A stretch of DNA of 29,642 nucleotides, taken from the NCBI GenBank assembly GCA_046758445.1, contig JBHIAE010000034.1:1-29642 (forward strand), read 5' to 3'. Each line of letters starts with the position of its first letter. The stretch's first letter is position 1. Under the pieces are notes generated by a model, which was given only the letters and a program-made list of their open reading frames with translations, was not told where the DNA came from and did not search any database. The DNA comes from Candidatus Thorarchaeota archaeon. Lineage in GTDB: Archaea; Asgardarchaeota; Thorarchaeia; Thorarchaeales; Thorarchaeaceae. Of the stretch, positions 18,275 to 27,331 are shown one piece after another. Position numbers and translations under genes: made by a program.

Positions 18275-18942
18275 TGGCTGTGGAACCTCTTCTCGATCTG
18301 TTACTTCTCTGCCTATTTCTTGGAGGAGTGCTGACTATGACTCACTGGAAACTCAGAGGCGGCCTACTAAGTTCCTCTGCTAGACTGCTCCGCGATGCAG
18401 AACTTGCTCGTTGGACGCTGAGCCAGTTTCTTCATCTAAACTCTGATCGGAGGACTTTCGGCAAGTCCTTCATCTTCAGGGAACAGACCATCAGGTCCCT
18501 AGGGCATCGTTATGTTGGCAGGTTCGATTATGCCGTTCTACACTGGAAAGAGGTACCCATTCTAGATGCAGTCATCGAGCGAAAGTTTCCCCGAAATTAC
18601 CTCCCCAGTAGACCCCGTCCTGAAGATACGTTTCAGGCAGGCCTCTACGCTCTTGGGTTACTACAAAGTGGGGTATCTTGCAGTTCCGCCAGACTCATAC
18701 TCATGTACTGTCTGCAGGAAGCCGCCAGACGATGCATCGGAAAGAACAGGGCCGATTGTTTGTCTTGCAAAAAGGGAACAATGTTCACACAAAGGTTTCG
18801 TCCGAGGAAGGTGCTGAAGGCGCTTCGGAAGCTTGATGAGGTCTGGTTTGACGGACGCAAGCCCAAGGCCTCGCCGATTCCTTCCAAATGTAGGGCGTGT
18901 CCATATGGCATCGACCAATCGTGCAGGCATTCGTCTACGTAG
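18274..18942 (+). CDS. C-terminal PD-(D/E)xK Cas4-like nuclease with N-terminal TM helix
   Basis: The ATG overlaps the upstream TGA (TGATG). Motifs GRFD, IERK, Q-AGLY and C-terminal CRACPY....C. Confidence 0.7.
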   Translation: MAVEPLLDLLLLCLFLGGVLTMTHWKLRGGLLSSSARLLRDAELARWTLSQFLHLNSDRRTFGKSFIFREQTIRSLGHRYVGRFDYAVLHWKEVPILDAVIERKFPRNYLPSRPRPEDTFQAGLYALGLLQSGVSCSSARLILMYCLQEAARRCIGKNRADCLSCKKGTMFTQRFRPRKVLKALRKLDEVWFDGRKPKASPIPSKCRACPYGIDQSCRHSST

Positions 18943-18980
18943 GCAAAAGAGTAATCTCCCTTGAGTTCACAGGCTGGTGT

Positions 18981-19394
18981 ATGCAAGAAATGAGAGATCT
19001 TCTGAACCACGTGATTCTCACTAAGCGTCAACTCAAGGAGATGTACTATACAACTCGAAACGAAAGTATGAAGGGGGATGCAAAGGAACTCGTTGCGTCC
19101 ACAATTGCGGTTCAGAGACTTCTCGAGCAGCTATTGGAAACAAGGAGGAAGTCCAGAGTAGCGAAGAGAGTGCTGAGTGATAGAAAAGCTGAGCTAGCAC
19201 TCAGAAGATGGAATGCGGGACTACCAAGACGCGCTAGAAACTTCCTTGTAAAACGAAAGAAGATCGAGCAACAACACCTTCATCGTTACCAGCAGTCACT
19301 TCTTGAGTATCTGAATGGCATCGGAACAGAACTGGCAGCTTGGGTTGAAGATATCGAAACTCTCAGGGAGATACCTCGTCTTCCGAAGGAATGA
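18981..19394 (+). CDS. Hypothetical helical, basic protein
   Basis: ORF with amphipathic helices. Start taken at ATG 18981 after GGTG. Confidence 0.65.
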   Translation: MQEMRDLLNHVILTKRQLKEMYYTTRNESMKGDAKELVASTIAVQRLLEQLLETRRKSRVAKRVLSDRKAELALRRWNAGLPRRARNFLVKRKKIEQQHLHRYQQSLLEYLNGIGTELAAWVEDIETLREIPRLPKE

Positions 19395-19397
19395 AGG

Positions 19398-20477
19398 CTA
19401 CCACCGAAGTATGGCAGCGATACCTCCGAATGAATTCAACTGCGCGCCAGATTCAGTCTGGGCTGAGAACACCATTAGTTCACTCCCAAAGCTAGAAATC
19501 TCGTCGTAGAGTCTGTCCAAAAGGTCTGTCTTATCTTCGACAATCATAACAGTTTCCACCCGGCCTTCGCGGAGAGCACTAACCACTTCGTTTTCACCGT
19601 ATGTGACGGTGGTTTCACCCTTCATCAGGGCTTCCATAAACGCGTCCCATTCCTGACGCTCCGCATAGATCTCCGTTTCTCTCAGGATACGCGATGCTTC
19701 TTTCATCGCTTGATAGAGACCCGTTTCATCAATAACACTGACAGGGATGATTGCTTCAGCTATCTTCTCCCTGAGCCTGTAGTCCAAGTCCCCCTTCTCC
19801 AGGAATTCTTGCGCACGGATCGTGTTTCCGCCAAGCACAATTGCGTCCACTTTGTCAATATCGTCCAGCAAGAGGTCCTTCAGTATTCGTCCAACATACT
19901 TGAAGAACTCAAGCATCTTCTCCTCTCTGATACGCAGATACCGTTTAGCGCTCTGGCCTCCTGCGCGAGTCTTCCCGATGATGTAAAAGTCCTCATCGCG
20001 CACCAGTTCCAGGTGCTTGCCCCTAAGGTAGCCAATCGTGACCTTTCCGCCTTCAATCAACACAATTACTACTAGGCTCTTGGGGAGTGTCATCTCCTCC
20101 AATTCATCTGTTATGAACTCGCGGCCGCAAATGTAAGTGAACTGGGATATGGGAGCAGGAGGAACAACAATCTCTCGAATCTCATCGTTGGCGCCCCCCT
20201 CTTCAACTATCCCGAAGAAGAAGGCAATCCCATTCTCCGGAATCTTGTCCACACGGGTCAGCTCACTTAGTATGGCAGTGAGGTTGTCCTGGACGTTCTT
20301 TCTGTTGGCCTTGCTCTTGATGTTTTCAGCACCGGCCAACTCTGCCTTGACGAAGCCTGTGACATCAACTAGGCTCTTAGTTGGTGGAACGTAGAGCGTG
20401 GTGAACGAGCTATGCCTACCTTGGAGTGATTTGAGCTCCTGTACTTTTCGCTTTAGCTTCTGTCGATCAACGGACAT
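19398..20477 (-). CDS. prf1: Peptide chain release factor aRF1
   Basis: NIKS, YICGREF (YxCxxxF), GGQS and C-terminal FGGIAAILRW. GAGGTGA RBS. Confidence 0.95.
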   Translation of the reverse strand: MSVDRQKLKRKVQELKSLQGRHSSFTTLYVPPTKSLVDVTGFVKAELAGAENIKSKANRKNVQDNLTAILSELTRVDKIPENGIAFFFGIVEEGGANDEIREIVVPPAPISQFTYICGREFITDELEEMTLPKSLVVIVLIEGGKVTIGYLRGKHLELVRDEDFYIIGKTRAGGQSAKRYLRIREEKMLEFFKYVGRILKDLLLDDIDKVDAIVLGGNTIRAQEFLEKGDLDYRLREKIAEAIIPVSVIDETGLYQAMKEASRILRETEIYAERQEWDAFMEALMKGETTVTYGENEVVSALREGRVETVMIVEDKTDLLDRLYDEISSFGSELMVFSAQTESGAQLNSFGGIAAILRW

Positions 20478-20776
20478 CTCGTTTCACCTCTGTATCACGT
20501 ACTATTTGACGGGGTTCATTAAGAATTAGTAGCCGTCAGGCAGGCGCCTTGAGTCATCCCCATAAAGTCTGTATTTTAACATTGCGTCAGGTACAGAAGG
20601 TTCTTCGACGACAAGTTAAAAAGGTGGTCAGATTCTCAGAGGAGCAACAGGTGAAGAAGGAATGTCCCACCAATTTACATCATCCTTATGAAGGAGAACT
20701 TCTTTTGCGGACCTAGTCCGCATGCGGCGGGGCGTTCCGAGCATCACAATGACAACTCAGGAGTTCTGATGAACAG

Positions 20777-22285
20777 ATGAGCGACCAGTTGACAGAAGGA
20801 GAGAGAACAGTTCTTCGACGACTAGTCGAAATAGGCAGGCGAATCTCAGCAGATGAGCTGGCGAATGGACTTGGTGAGAGGGCTGAGCGTGTAGTTTCAA
20901 TCATGAACTCGCTGTCTGAAAAGGGGCTTGTTGAGCTTGAAACACAAGAAGTCGTTTCTTACTCTCTCACTGACGAGGGGCAAGAATACGCAGAGAAGGG
21001 GCTCCCCGAAGTTAGACTTTTCAATGCTGTTGTAGAACTCGGAGGAACTGCTGGCATTGACGATGCTACAGCGAATAGTGGAATCCCGCCAGAGGCCAAA
21101 GGTATAGCGATAAACTGGAATCGAAGAATGGGTTGGCTCAAGATTCTCAAAGAAAAAGGAACTACAGTTCTCGAAGCTAGCACAAAGAGCATCGAGGCTC
21201 CAATCGAATCTGTTCTGAAGCATGTGCGTGATGGTATTACTGTGCTGCCTGAGAACCTGCTAGAAGCCTTAGATCAGGCAATAGAGAGGACCTTAGTCAA
21301 CGTAGCTACAACCAAAGTCTTTGAGGCTGAGATTGTCGCCGAGAAGAGAAAGACGATTGATGAGCTACTGACAATGGATGTCAGTGGAATCGAAGACCTC
21401 ACGCAAGACATGCTGTTGTCTGGTAGCTGGAGAGGAAGGACCTTCAGAGAATACAATGTCGAGCTTCAACCAGCTTTTGTCAACTATGGCAAGAAGCACC
21501 CGTATGCGGAGTTCAACGACTGGCTCAGAGAAATCATGGTAGGTCTAGGTTTCACTGAATGGATCGGGCCATATGTGGAAACAGAGTTCTGGGGTCACGA
21601 TTCATTGTTCGTACCCCAAGACCACGTGGCTCGCGAAGTCCAAGACCAGTTTCGAGTCGATTCGCCATACGACCATGGTGACGTATTGGATGAGGAGTAC
21701 TATCGCGCAGTAAAAGCAGTTCATGAGAACGGTGGCAACACCGGATCTAAGGGTTGGGACTGGCCATTCAGCAGAGAGGTAGCCACAAGGTTGTGTTTGA
21801 GGCCTCATACTACACCAGTGTCAATGAGATACCTATGGGAGCACCGTGAGAGTCCACAGAAGATGTTCATCATTGACAGGAACTTCAGGTCTGAGACTCT
21901 CACTGCCACACATGCTCGGGAGTTCGATCAGTGTGAGGGAATAATCATGGACAAGGGCCTGACACTTAGAGACCTGCTGGGCTATCTCACATTGATATGC
22001 AAGGGAGTTGGAGTAGAGAAACTGAAGTTCAAGCCGGGACAGTTCCCCTTCACAGAGCCTAGTGTTGAGTCGTTTGGGAAACACGAGAAGCTGGGTTGGA
22101 TAGAACTTGGAGGGTCCGGGATATTCAGACCTGAGGTCACCTATCCTCTCGGAATTAAGGACACCGTTCTTGCCTGGGGGATTGGAACTGGGAGGCTCTA
22201 CATGGCAGCGATGGGTATCAATGACATCAGGGAGTTGTTCTCCAGGAACCTCAATTGGTTGAGGAGGAGCGTCTTCGCAAAGTAG
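20777..22285 (+). CDS. pheS: Phenylalanine--tRNA ligase alpha subunit (archaeal/eukaryotic type)
   Basis: N-terminal winged-helix domains, GKKHP, LFVPQDHVARE, LRPHTT, FPFTEPS, ELGGSGIFRPE and AWGIG. Confidence 0.97.
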   Translation: MSDQLTEGERTVLRRLVEIGRRISADELANGLGERAERVVSIMNSLSEKGLVELETQEVVSYSLTDEGQEYAEKGLPEVRLFNAVVELGGTAGIDDATANSGIPPEAKGIAINWNRRMGWLKILKEKGTTVLEASTKSIEAPIESVLKHVRDGITVLPENLLEALDQAIERTLVNVATTKVFEAEIVAEKRKTIDELLTMDVSGIEDLTQDMLLSGSWRGRTFREYNVELQPAFVNYGKKHPYAEFNDWLREIMVGLGFTEWIGPYVETEFWGHDSLFVPQDHVAREVQDQFRVDSPYDHGDVLDEEYYRAVKAVHENGGNTGSKGWDWPFSREVATRLCLRPHTTPVSMRYLWEHRESPQKMFIIDRNFRSETLTATHAREFDQCEGIIMDKGLTLRDLLGYLTLICKGVGVEKLKFKPGQFPFTEPSVESFGKHEKLGWIELGGSGIFRPEVTYPLGIKDTVLAWGIGTGRLYMAAMGINDIRELFSRNLNWLRRSVFAK

Positions 22286-23959
22286 GTGATGACAATGATA
22301 GTGGAATCTAGAATTGATGACCTTCTTGGGCTAATTGGGAGGAAACTCTCTCTGGAAGAGCTGGAAGAGACCCTCTTCCTTGTCAAAGCGGAAGTTGAGA
22401 AGGTTGAAGACAAAACCATCGAGATTGAGGTGAACCCGGATCGCCAGGACATGCTCTCAACCGAGGGAATAGCTAGGGCCATCAAATCCTTCCTGCGAAT
22501 AGAACCCGGCCTCCGCAAATTCCCGACCAAGAAGTCAGGCCACAAAGTAATCGTCAAGCCGGGGCTTGCTAGAATCCGGCCATACATCTCTTGCTCCATC
22601 GTAAAGGGCGTTACAACGGATGACGAACTGATTAGGGAGTATATGCACCTTCAAGAAGCCCTCACTGCTACACACGGAAGAAACAGAAGCAAAGCCAGCA
22701 TAGGGCTCTATGTCTACGATGATCTTGAGTTCCCTGTGATTTATACTCCAATGAAACCAGAGAAGATACAGTTCATTCCGCTGGGACACGCCATCGAGAT
22801 GGATGGGCCCACAATTCTTACCAATCATGAGAAGGGTGTTGAGTTTGGGTCAATCATCGAATCCTACAAGAAGTGGCCAATGCTCTACGACTCGAAGAAT
22901 CAGGTCCTGAGCTTGCCCCCAATAATCAATAGCAATGACCTCGGAAAAATCACAACTGAAACCAAGAATCTATTTGTCGAAGTCACTGGTACCCACCTTC
23001 CGACAGTCGACCAGGCACTCAACATCATGACGGCCTCTCTCGCAGAACGAGGTGGAAGAATCGAGTCGGTTGCGGTGACATATCCAGATGGCACAGTCTA
23101 TGAAACTCCGGATTTCACACCGGAACTAATGACTCTGAGTATCGATGACACCAATGCCCTGACAGGCCTTGAGCTCAGTGGACGTGAGATCATTGAATCG
23201 TTGCGACGAATGGGGTATGGTGCAAAGTCGATGAAGGCAGGTCAGTTGGAGGTTCAGATTCCGAGGTATAGAATGGATATCCTGCATCCAGTTGATATCA
23301 TGGAGGATATCGCTATCGGGTACGGCTTTGACAGGATTAAGCCTGCGATGCCCCAGACAATGACCTCGGGGAAGCTGAACCCCATCACGAAGCTAAAGAA
23401 CAAGGTGAGGGACCTAATGGTCGGAGTTGGATATCAGGAGGTCATGAACTACATAATGACCTCTCCGGAAGTTCTCAATGTCAAGATGCTCAGAGAACGA
23501 CCACTTGTCACCACGGGAAACCCCAAGAGCCAAGACTATTCTGTCTTGAGGAACTCGCTTCTTCCAGTTCTGCTAGACTTTGCGGCCCAGAACCAACACG
23601 CCGACTATCCACAGAAGCTGTTTGAGGTGGGCGACATCGCAGTTCCCGATGAATTGATGGAAACAAGGATTCAGCAGATAGCATCTGTTTCAGGTATAGT
23701 GGCAGATGCGACAGTGAACATCACTGACCTAGCCACAGAGTTGGGATTCGTTCTGAGGAATCTTGGATTGGACGGACAGTTTCGTTATGTGTCCCGAGAA
23801 GACCCTACGTTCATTGCCGGGAGAGCTGCGGACATTCTCAAAGGAGATCAACCGATTGGGATGTTTGGAGAGATATCACCACAAGTGTTGTCAAACATGG
23901 AACTCACAATCCCTGTTGTTGGATTCGAGTTGTATCTCCCAAGAGAGGGCGAGTGGTGA
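22286..23959 (+). CDS. pheT: Phenylalanine--tRNA ligase beta subunit
   Basis: NPDRQDMLSTEGIAR, LSLPPIINS, RMDILHPVDIMEDIAIGYG and LRNSLLP. It abuts pheS; the true start may be 22289 or 22295. Confidence 0.97.
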   Translation: MMTMIVESRIDDLLGLIGRKLSLEELEETLFLVKAEVEKVEDKTIEIEVNPDRQDMLSTEGIARAIKSFLRIEPGLRKFPTKKSGHKVIVKPGLARIRPYISCSIVKGVTTDDELIREYMHLQEALTATHGRNRSKASIGLYVYDDLEFPVIYTPMKPEKIQFIPLGHAIEMDGPTILTNHEKGVEFGSIIESYKKWPMLYDSKNQVLSLPPIINSNDLGKITTETKNLFVEVTGTHLPTVDQALNIMTASLAERGGRIESVAVTYPDGTVYETPDFTPELMTLSIDDTNALTGLELSGREIIESLRRMGYGAKSMKAGQLEVQIPRYRMDILHPVDIMEDIAIGYGFDRIKPAMPQTMTSGKLNPITKLKNKVRDLMVGVGYQEVMNYIMTSPEVLNVKMLRERPLVTTGNPKSQDYSVLRNSLLPVLLDFAAQNQHADYPQKLFEVGDIAVPDELMETRIQQIASVSGIVADATVNITDLATELGFVLRNLGLDGQFRYVSREDPTFIAGRAADILKGDQPIGMFGEISPQVLSNMELTIPVVGFELYLPREGEW

Positions 23960-24069
23960 AGGGCTAGCCAAGCCTCAGGGTAACCAACTCCCGCAGAAAA
24001 GATATAAGAAGCAGCAGAGATGGTCAAGCATTATTAGTTGCACACGACCGAAAATAGGGGTACCACTGC

Positions 24070-24669
24070 ATGACGGAAGGTCCATCGGTCTCAGACGGAG
24101 GCTCAGCAGATGAACCATCTGACGAATTCAAGTTCAGAGTGGTCTTGCTGGGTGAGGCGGCAGTGGGCAAGACTTCACTTATTCGAAGGTTTACCGAGAA
24201 TGCATTCGACGAGGATTACAAGCAGACGATCGGTACTACCTTCGCCTCGAAGGATGTCAGTGTGACGGATGACGAGGGGGATTCCAGACAGATACGCCTC
24301 ATCATCTGGGATATGGGGGGCCAGACTACCTACCGGGAACTGCGGAGACAGTTCATGAAGGGTTCCTCTGGGGCAATCATTGTTTATGATGTTACACGTC
24401 CGGAAACATTCATGGCTATGAACAACTGGTTTGAGTCTTTCCGAGAGACTTGTCCTAATGCGGTTGTTGTAGTTGCCGCAAACAAAGTAGATCTCTTGGA
24501 CAATAGAATAGTGCCTGTGGAACCCGGACTTATGCTACGTGACTGGTTTCAAGCTGATTACTATGAAACGAGTGCCAAGACTGGTGCAGCTGTCACTGAT
24601 GTGTTTGCAAAGCTTGCGTTACTCGTACTCAAACAGAGCAGGGCTGACAGAGAAGGCACTGAGCTGTGA
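24070..24669 (+). CDS. Rab-like small GTPase (Ras superfamily)
   Basis: G1 GEAAVGKTS, G2 YKQTIG, G3 WDMGGQ, G4 NKVD, G5 ETSAK. No C-terminal prenylation Cys. Confidence 0.93.
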   Translation: MTEGPSVSDGGSADEPSDEFKFRVVLLGEAAVGKTSLIRRFTENAFDEDYKQTIGTTFASKDVSVTDDEGDSRQIRLIIWDMGGQTTYRELRRQFMKGSSGAIIVYDVTRPETFMAMNNWFESFRETCPNAVVVVAANKVDLLDNRIVPVEPGLMLRDWFQADYYETSAKTGAAVTDVFAKLALLVLKQSRADREGTEL

Positions 24670-24704
24670 TGCAAAGGTAAGGAAAACCGCCCGGAGATAG
24701 AGAA

Positions 24705-25109
24705 GTGCTGGTCCGAGACTTCATGACGTCCATGATCGTCACTGCGGAGTTCGAAACTCCACTGGTAGAGGCAGCCAGGCTAATGGCCGCTGAGGACATT
24801 GGTAGTCTCATGGTTACAAGAGGTGACGTGTTAGTAGGAATGGTCACACGAAGAGACATCATCGCGGCCCATTTACTGTCTGAGGACATATACATGTCCC
24901 TCTCTGTTGAGGACATAATGACGAGTCCAGTAATCTCGATAAGTCCTGAAGCGGATCTCGGCCAGGCCATCTCGGTCATGAATCAGACGAATGTCAAGTG
25001 CCTGCCTGTCATGGAAGGTGACTCGGTCATCGGTGTTGTGAGTGCGAGCGATGTAATCCGGGTCCTAGCTACAGTGAAGCTGATTGCTGACGGAGCGCCT
25101 GATGAATAG
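24705..25109 (+). CDS. CBS domain-containing protein (tandem CBS pair)
   Basis: VRDFMT...LVGMVTRRDI and VEDIMTSPV...VIGVVSASDV. Confidence 0.9.
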   Translation: MLVRDFMTSMIVTAEFETPLVEAARLMAAEDIGSLMVTRGDVLVGMVTRRDIIAAHLLSEDIYMSLSVEDIMTSPVISISPEADLGQAISVMNQTNVKCLPVMEGDSVIGVVSASDVIRVLATVKLIADGAPDE

Positions 25110-25149
25110 AAAGGTGCTTATTACGCCGAAGAATGCAGCAAATTCTGTG

Positions 25150-25346
25150 GGAGCGCGTCATTCGAAGTGGTGAGAGCCAGCAGGGCATTTGTTGGGTGTG
25201 GTCTCTACATAGAGAGATACCTATCCCTGCTGGCAGCCCACCGGATTCGCCTTGGTCATTTCTGTACTAAAGCGTTTTGACACGCATCAACCTCCCCGAT
25301 GGGTGTATCCTCTCATCTCTGTAAGAGTCCAAATGTTCCGCGCTCC
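25150..25346 (+). ncRNA. Candidate structured noncoding RNA (unassigned family)
   Basis: Closing stem ggagcgcg 25150-57 / cgcgctcc 25339-46. Inner 10-bp stem gccagcaggg 25176-85 / ccctgctggc 25225-34. Further small stems, with G-U pairs favouring the + strand. Confidence 0.4.
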
Positions 25347-25395
25347 GAGTTCCGTTCTCGCTAACAACTATAAGCCACAGAGCGAACGGACGCTC

Positions 25396-25674
25396 ATGGG
25401 CGCGAAGACCTACAGAGATGCACAAGGATATCTTCGCTTCAAGGATTCAGGAAGACTCGTTCACAGATGGAAGGCGGAGAAGAGTCTTGGCCGCAAACTC
25501 CATCCTGGTGAGGTTGTTCACCACAAGAACTCGTTCAAGACAGACAACAGGAATAGCAACCTCCGTGTCTTCAGTTCCTCGGCGAAGCATAGAGCCCATC
25601 ATATCAAGCGCGCGTGGGAACAGACCAGGCGACGGCGGAGTGTCAGAAGGCGTTCAGGTCGAAAGCGAAGGTGA
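25396..25674 (+). CDS. Small HNH endonuclease (HNH_3-like) with Arg-rich tail
   Basis: GYLRF..VHRWKAE..LGRKL..EVVHHKN..KTDNR..NL. ATG 25396 is preferred over the upstream TTG. Confidence 0.8.
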   Translation: MGAKTYRDAQGYLRFKDSGRLVHRWKAEKSLGRKLHPGEVVHHKNSFKTDNRNSNLRVFSSSAKHRAHHIKRAWEQTRRRRSVRRRSGRKRR

Positions 25675-25680
25675 ATACCA

Positions 25681-26397
25681 ATGTCGGAGCTTCTCTACTA
25701 TGAGGATTCATACATCAAAAAGTTTGAAGCCAAGGTGACTTCCGTTGATTCTAGTCCTGAATCTGTCAAGATCACTTTAGATAGAACCGCCTTCTATCCG
25801 GGTGGAGGAGGCCAACCCAACGATGAAGGTTGGATGACCCTCCATGACCGTAGACTAAGAATACTCAAGGTCGACAGAAACGGCCACTGGCTGGAACCCG
25901 AAGAAGGTGTGAGTTTTGCTGTTGGCCAGACGGCAGGCTTCGAGCTCGATTGGGACCGTCGCTTCACCTTGATGCGAACCCACACTGCATTGCATGTTCT
26001 AAGTGGTGTTGTCTGGCGTGATTATGGAGCAAGTGTGACTGGTGGCAGCATGGATCTAGCGAAGGGAAGATTGGACTTCGAGTTTGAGAAGATGAACAAA
26101 GACCTTGTTCAGGAGATAGAGGGCAAATGCAACGAGGAGGTCAAAGCTGCTCGAGAGGTTCGCACACAGTTCTTGCCGCGGGATGAAGCAATGAAGATCC
26201 CAGATCTGATACGAACCAAAGTGAATCTCATTCCCGAGAGCGTGAAGAAGATCCGAACTGTTGAGATTGTGGGTCTGGACCTACAGGCGGATGGCGGCAC
26301 TCATGTTGCCAACACACAAGAAGTCGGGGAGATCCGAGTAGTCGACTATAAGAGTAAAGGTGCCATCAACAAGAGAATATACATTGAGATTCTGTAA
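25681..26397 (+). CDS. alaXM: Alanyl-tRNA editing protein AlaX (AlaX-M type)
   Basis: LDRTAFYPGGGGQP, MRTHTALH and DGGTHV..T.EVG. GGTGA RBS. Confidence 0.88.
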   Translation: MSELLYYEDSYIKKFEAKVTSVDSSPESVKITLDRTAFYPGGGGQPNDEGWMTLHDRRLRILKVDRNGHWLEPEEGVSFAVGQTAGFELDWDRRFTLMRTHTALHVLSGVVWRDYGASVTGGSMDLAKGRLDFEFEKMNKDLVQEIEGKCNEEVKAAREVRTQFLPRDEAMKIPDLIRTKVNLIPESVKKIRTVEIVGLDLQADGGTHVANTQEVGEIRVVDYKSKGAINKRIYIEIL

Positions 26398-26449
26398 GCA
26401 TTTATCTCGGCATTCGTTTCTGCATCTGCAAAGCAGGTGTCCCGGGACA

Positions 26450-27139
26450 CTACGCAGGTCTGTATTTGGGAATCTCTGCACGCATCTCCTTCTTCAGTTT
26501 GAGGATATCTCTCGCCTGAAGCTCCTTTCTCTTTGGATAACCAGCTACCAGACTCTGCCACTTGTCCAGCTTGACTAGGACTGGGTCAGTTTCCACAATC
26601 TTCATGATGGCTTCCCTTGACTCCTCCATCTGATCCAAGACCTCACCGGACTTGCATCCCATCTTCAGGCTCGCAATGATATTGTCAATCTCGTCAGCAA
26701 TCTTCATTGCCTTGTCGGCAGAGACTGTCACAGAGGTCGGCTGAGAAGCAGCCGGAGAGGCAACAACCTCGGGAGAAGATGGTTTGGGTGCAGGTGCAGC
26801 AGGCTTTCGCGCCGCGACCGGAGGTGCTGCAGCCGGTATCTCTTTGAGGGCCGCAAACAGGTCGTCTCTTGTTCCCTCTATGGCATCGTTGATGAATTTT
26901 CCAATCGTATCGAACTGGCCCTTTATCAAGGCAGCAATCTCTTCCATGTTAACTCCAGACTCTCCCCCAGTCTTTGAGGTCTTAGTAACAGCTTCTAGAA
27001 TCTCATCCTTTGACATGCGAATGTCTGACCGTATCTCTGTCATAGCGCCAAGTATCGTGATCATCCTCTTCAAGGTATCATCGAGCGCTGCAATGCTCTT
27101 CTCGATACCTGTCAAACGTTTGAGAAATTCCTCTGCCAT
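26450..27139 (-). CDS. Hypothetical coiled-coil protein with Pro/Ala-rich linker
   Basis: N-terminal heptad pattern, PAAAPPVAARKPAAPAP linker and a helical C-domain. Start ATG 27139 after GGAGA. Confidence 0.75.
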   Translation of the reverse strand: MAEEFLKRLTGIEKSIAALDDTLKRMITILGAMTEIRSDIRMSKDEILEAVTKTSKTGGESGVNMEEIAALIKGQFDTIGKFINDAIEGTRDDLFAALKEIPAAAPPVAARKPAAPAPKPSSPEVVASPAASQPTSVTVSADKAMKIADEIDNIIASLKMGCKSGEVLDQMEESREAIMKIVETDPVLVKLDKWQSLVAGYPKRKELQARDILKLKKEMRAEIPKYRPA

Positions 27140-27331
27140 TGTACGGTCTCCTTGTCTATCTTTGCCAGTTGCTATGAGATAGAGGCCCACAAAAGGGTTC
27201 TTCTGATGGTCACAGGTAGCTCTGGCATTATCACAGTTACTATGAGGATATTCCGAGAACTAGGGACTCTATTTGATAGTATCAGGAAGTGTTATATACA
27301 GATGCTTCGTAGTTTTCGTAGGTAAAGTATC

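Noticed and set aside
25150-25346. RNase P, SRP or HEARO/omega RNA identity for the structured element
   Set aside because: It lacks the RNase P GAGGAAAGUCC and SRP helix-8 signatures. The adjacent HNH has no RuvC/PLMP features of IscB.
25252-25395. N-terminal extension of the HNH ORF
   Set aside because: It lies within the structured element. ATG 25396, just after a TATA-like box, gives a typical compact HNH protein.
27190-27331. tRNA attachment site or dif-like site upstream of the integrase
   Set aside because: No tRNA fold was seen. TTATATAC is better explained as a TATA box and has no matching inverted arm.
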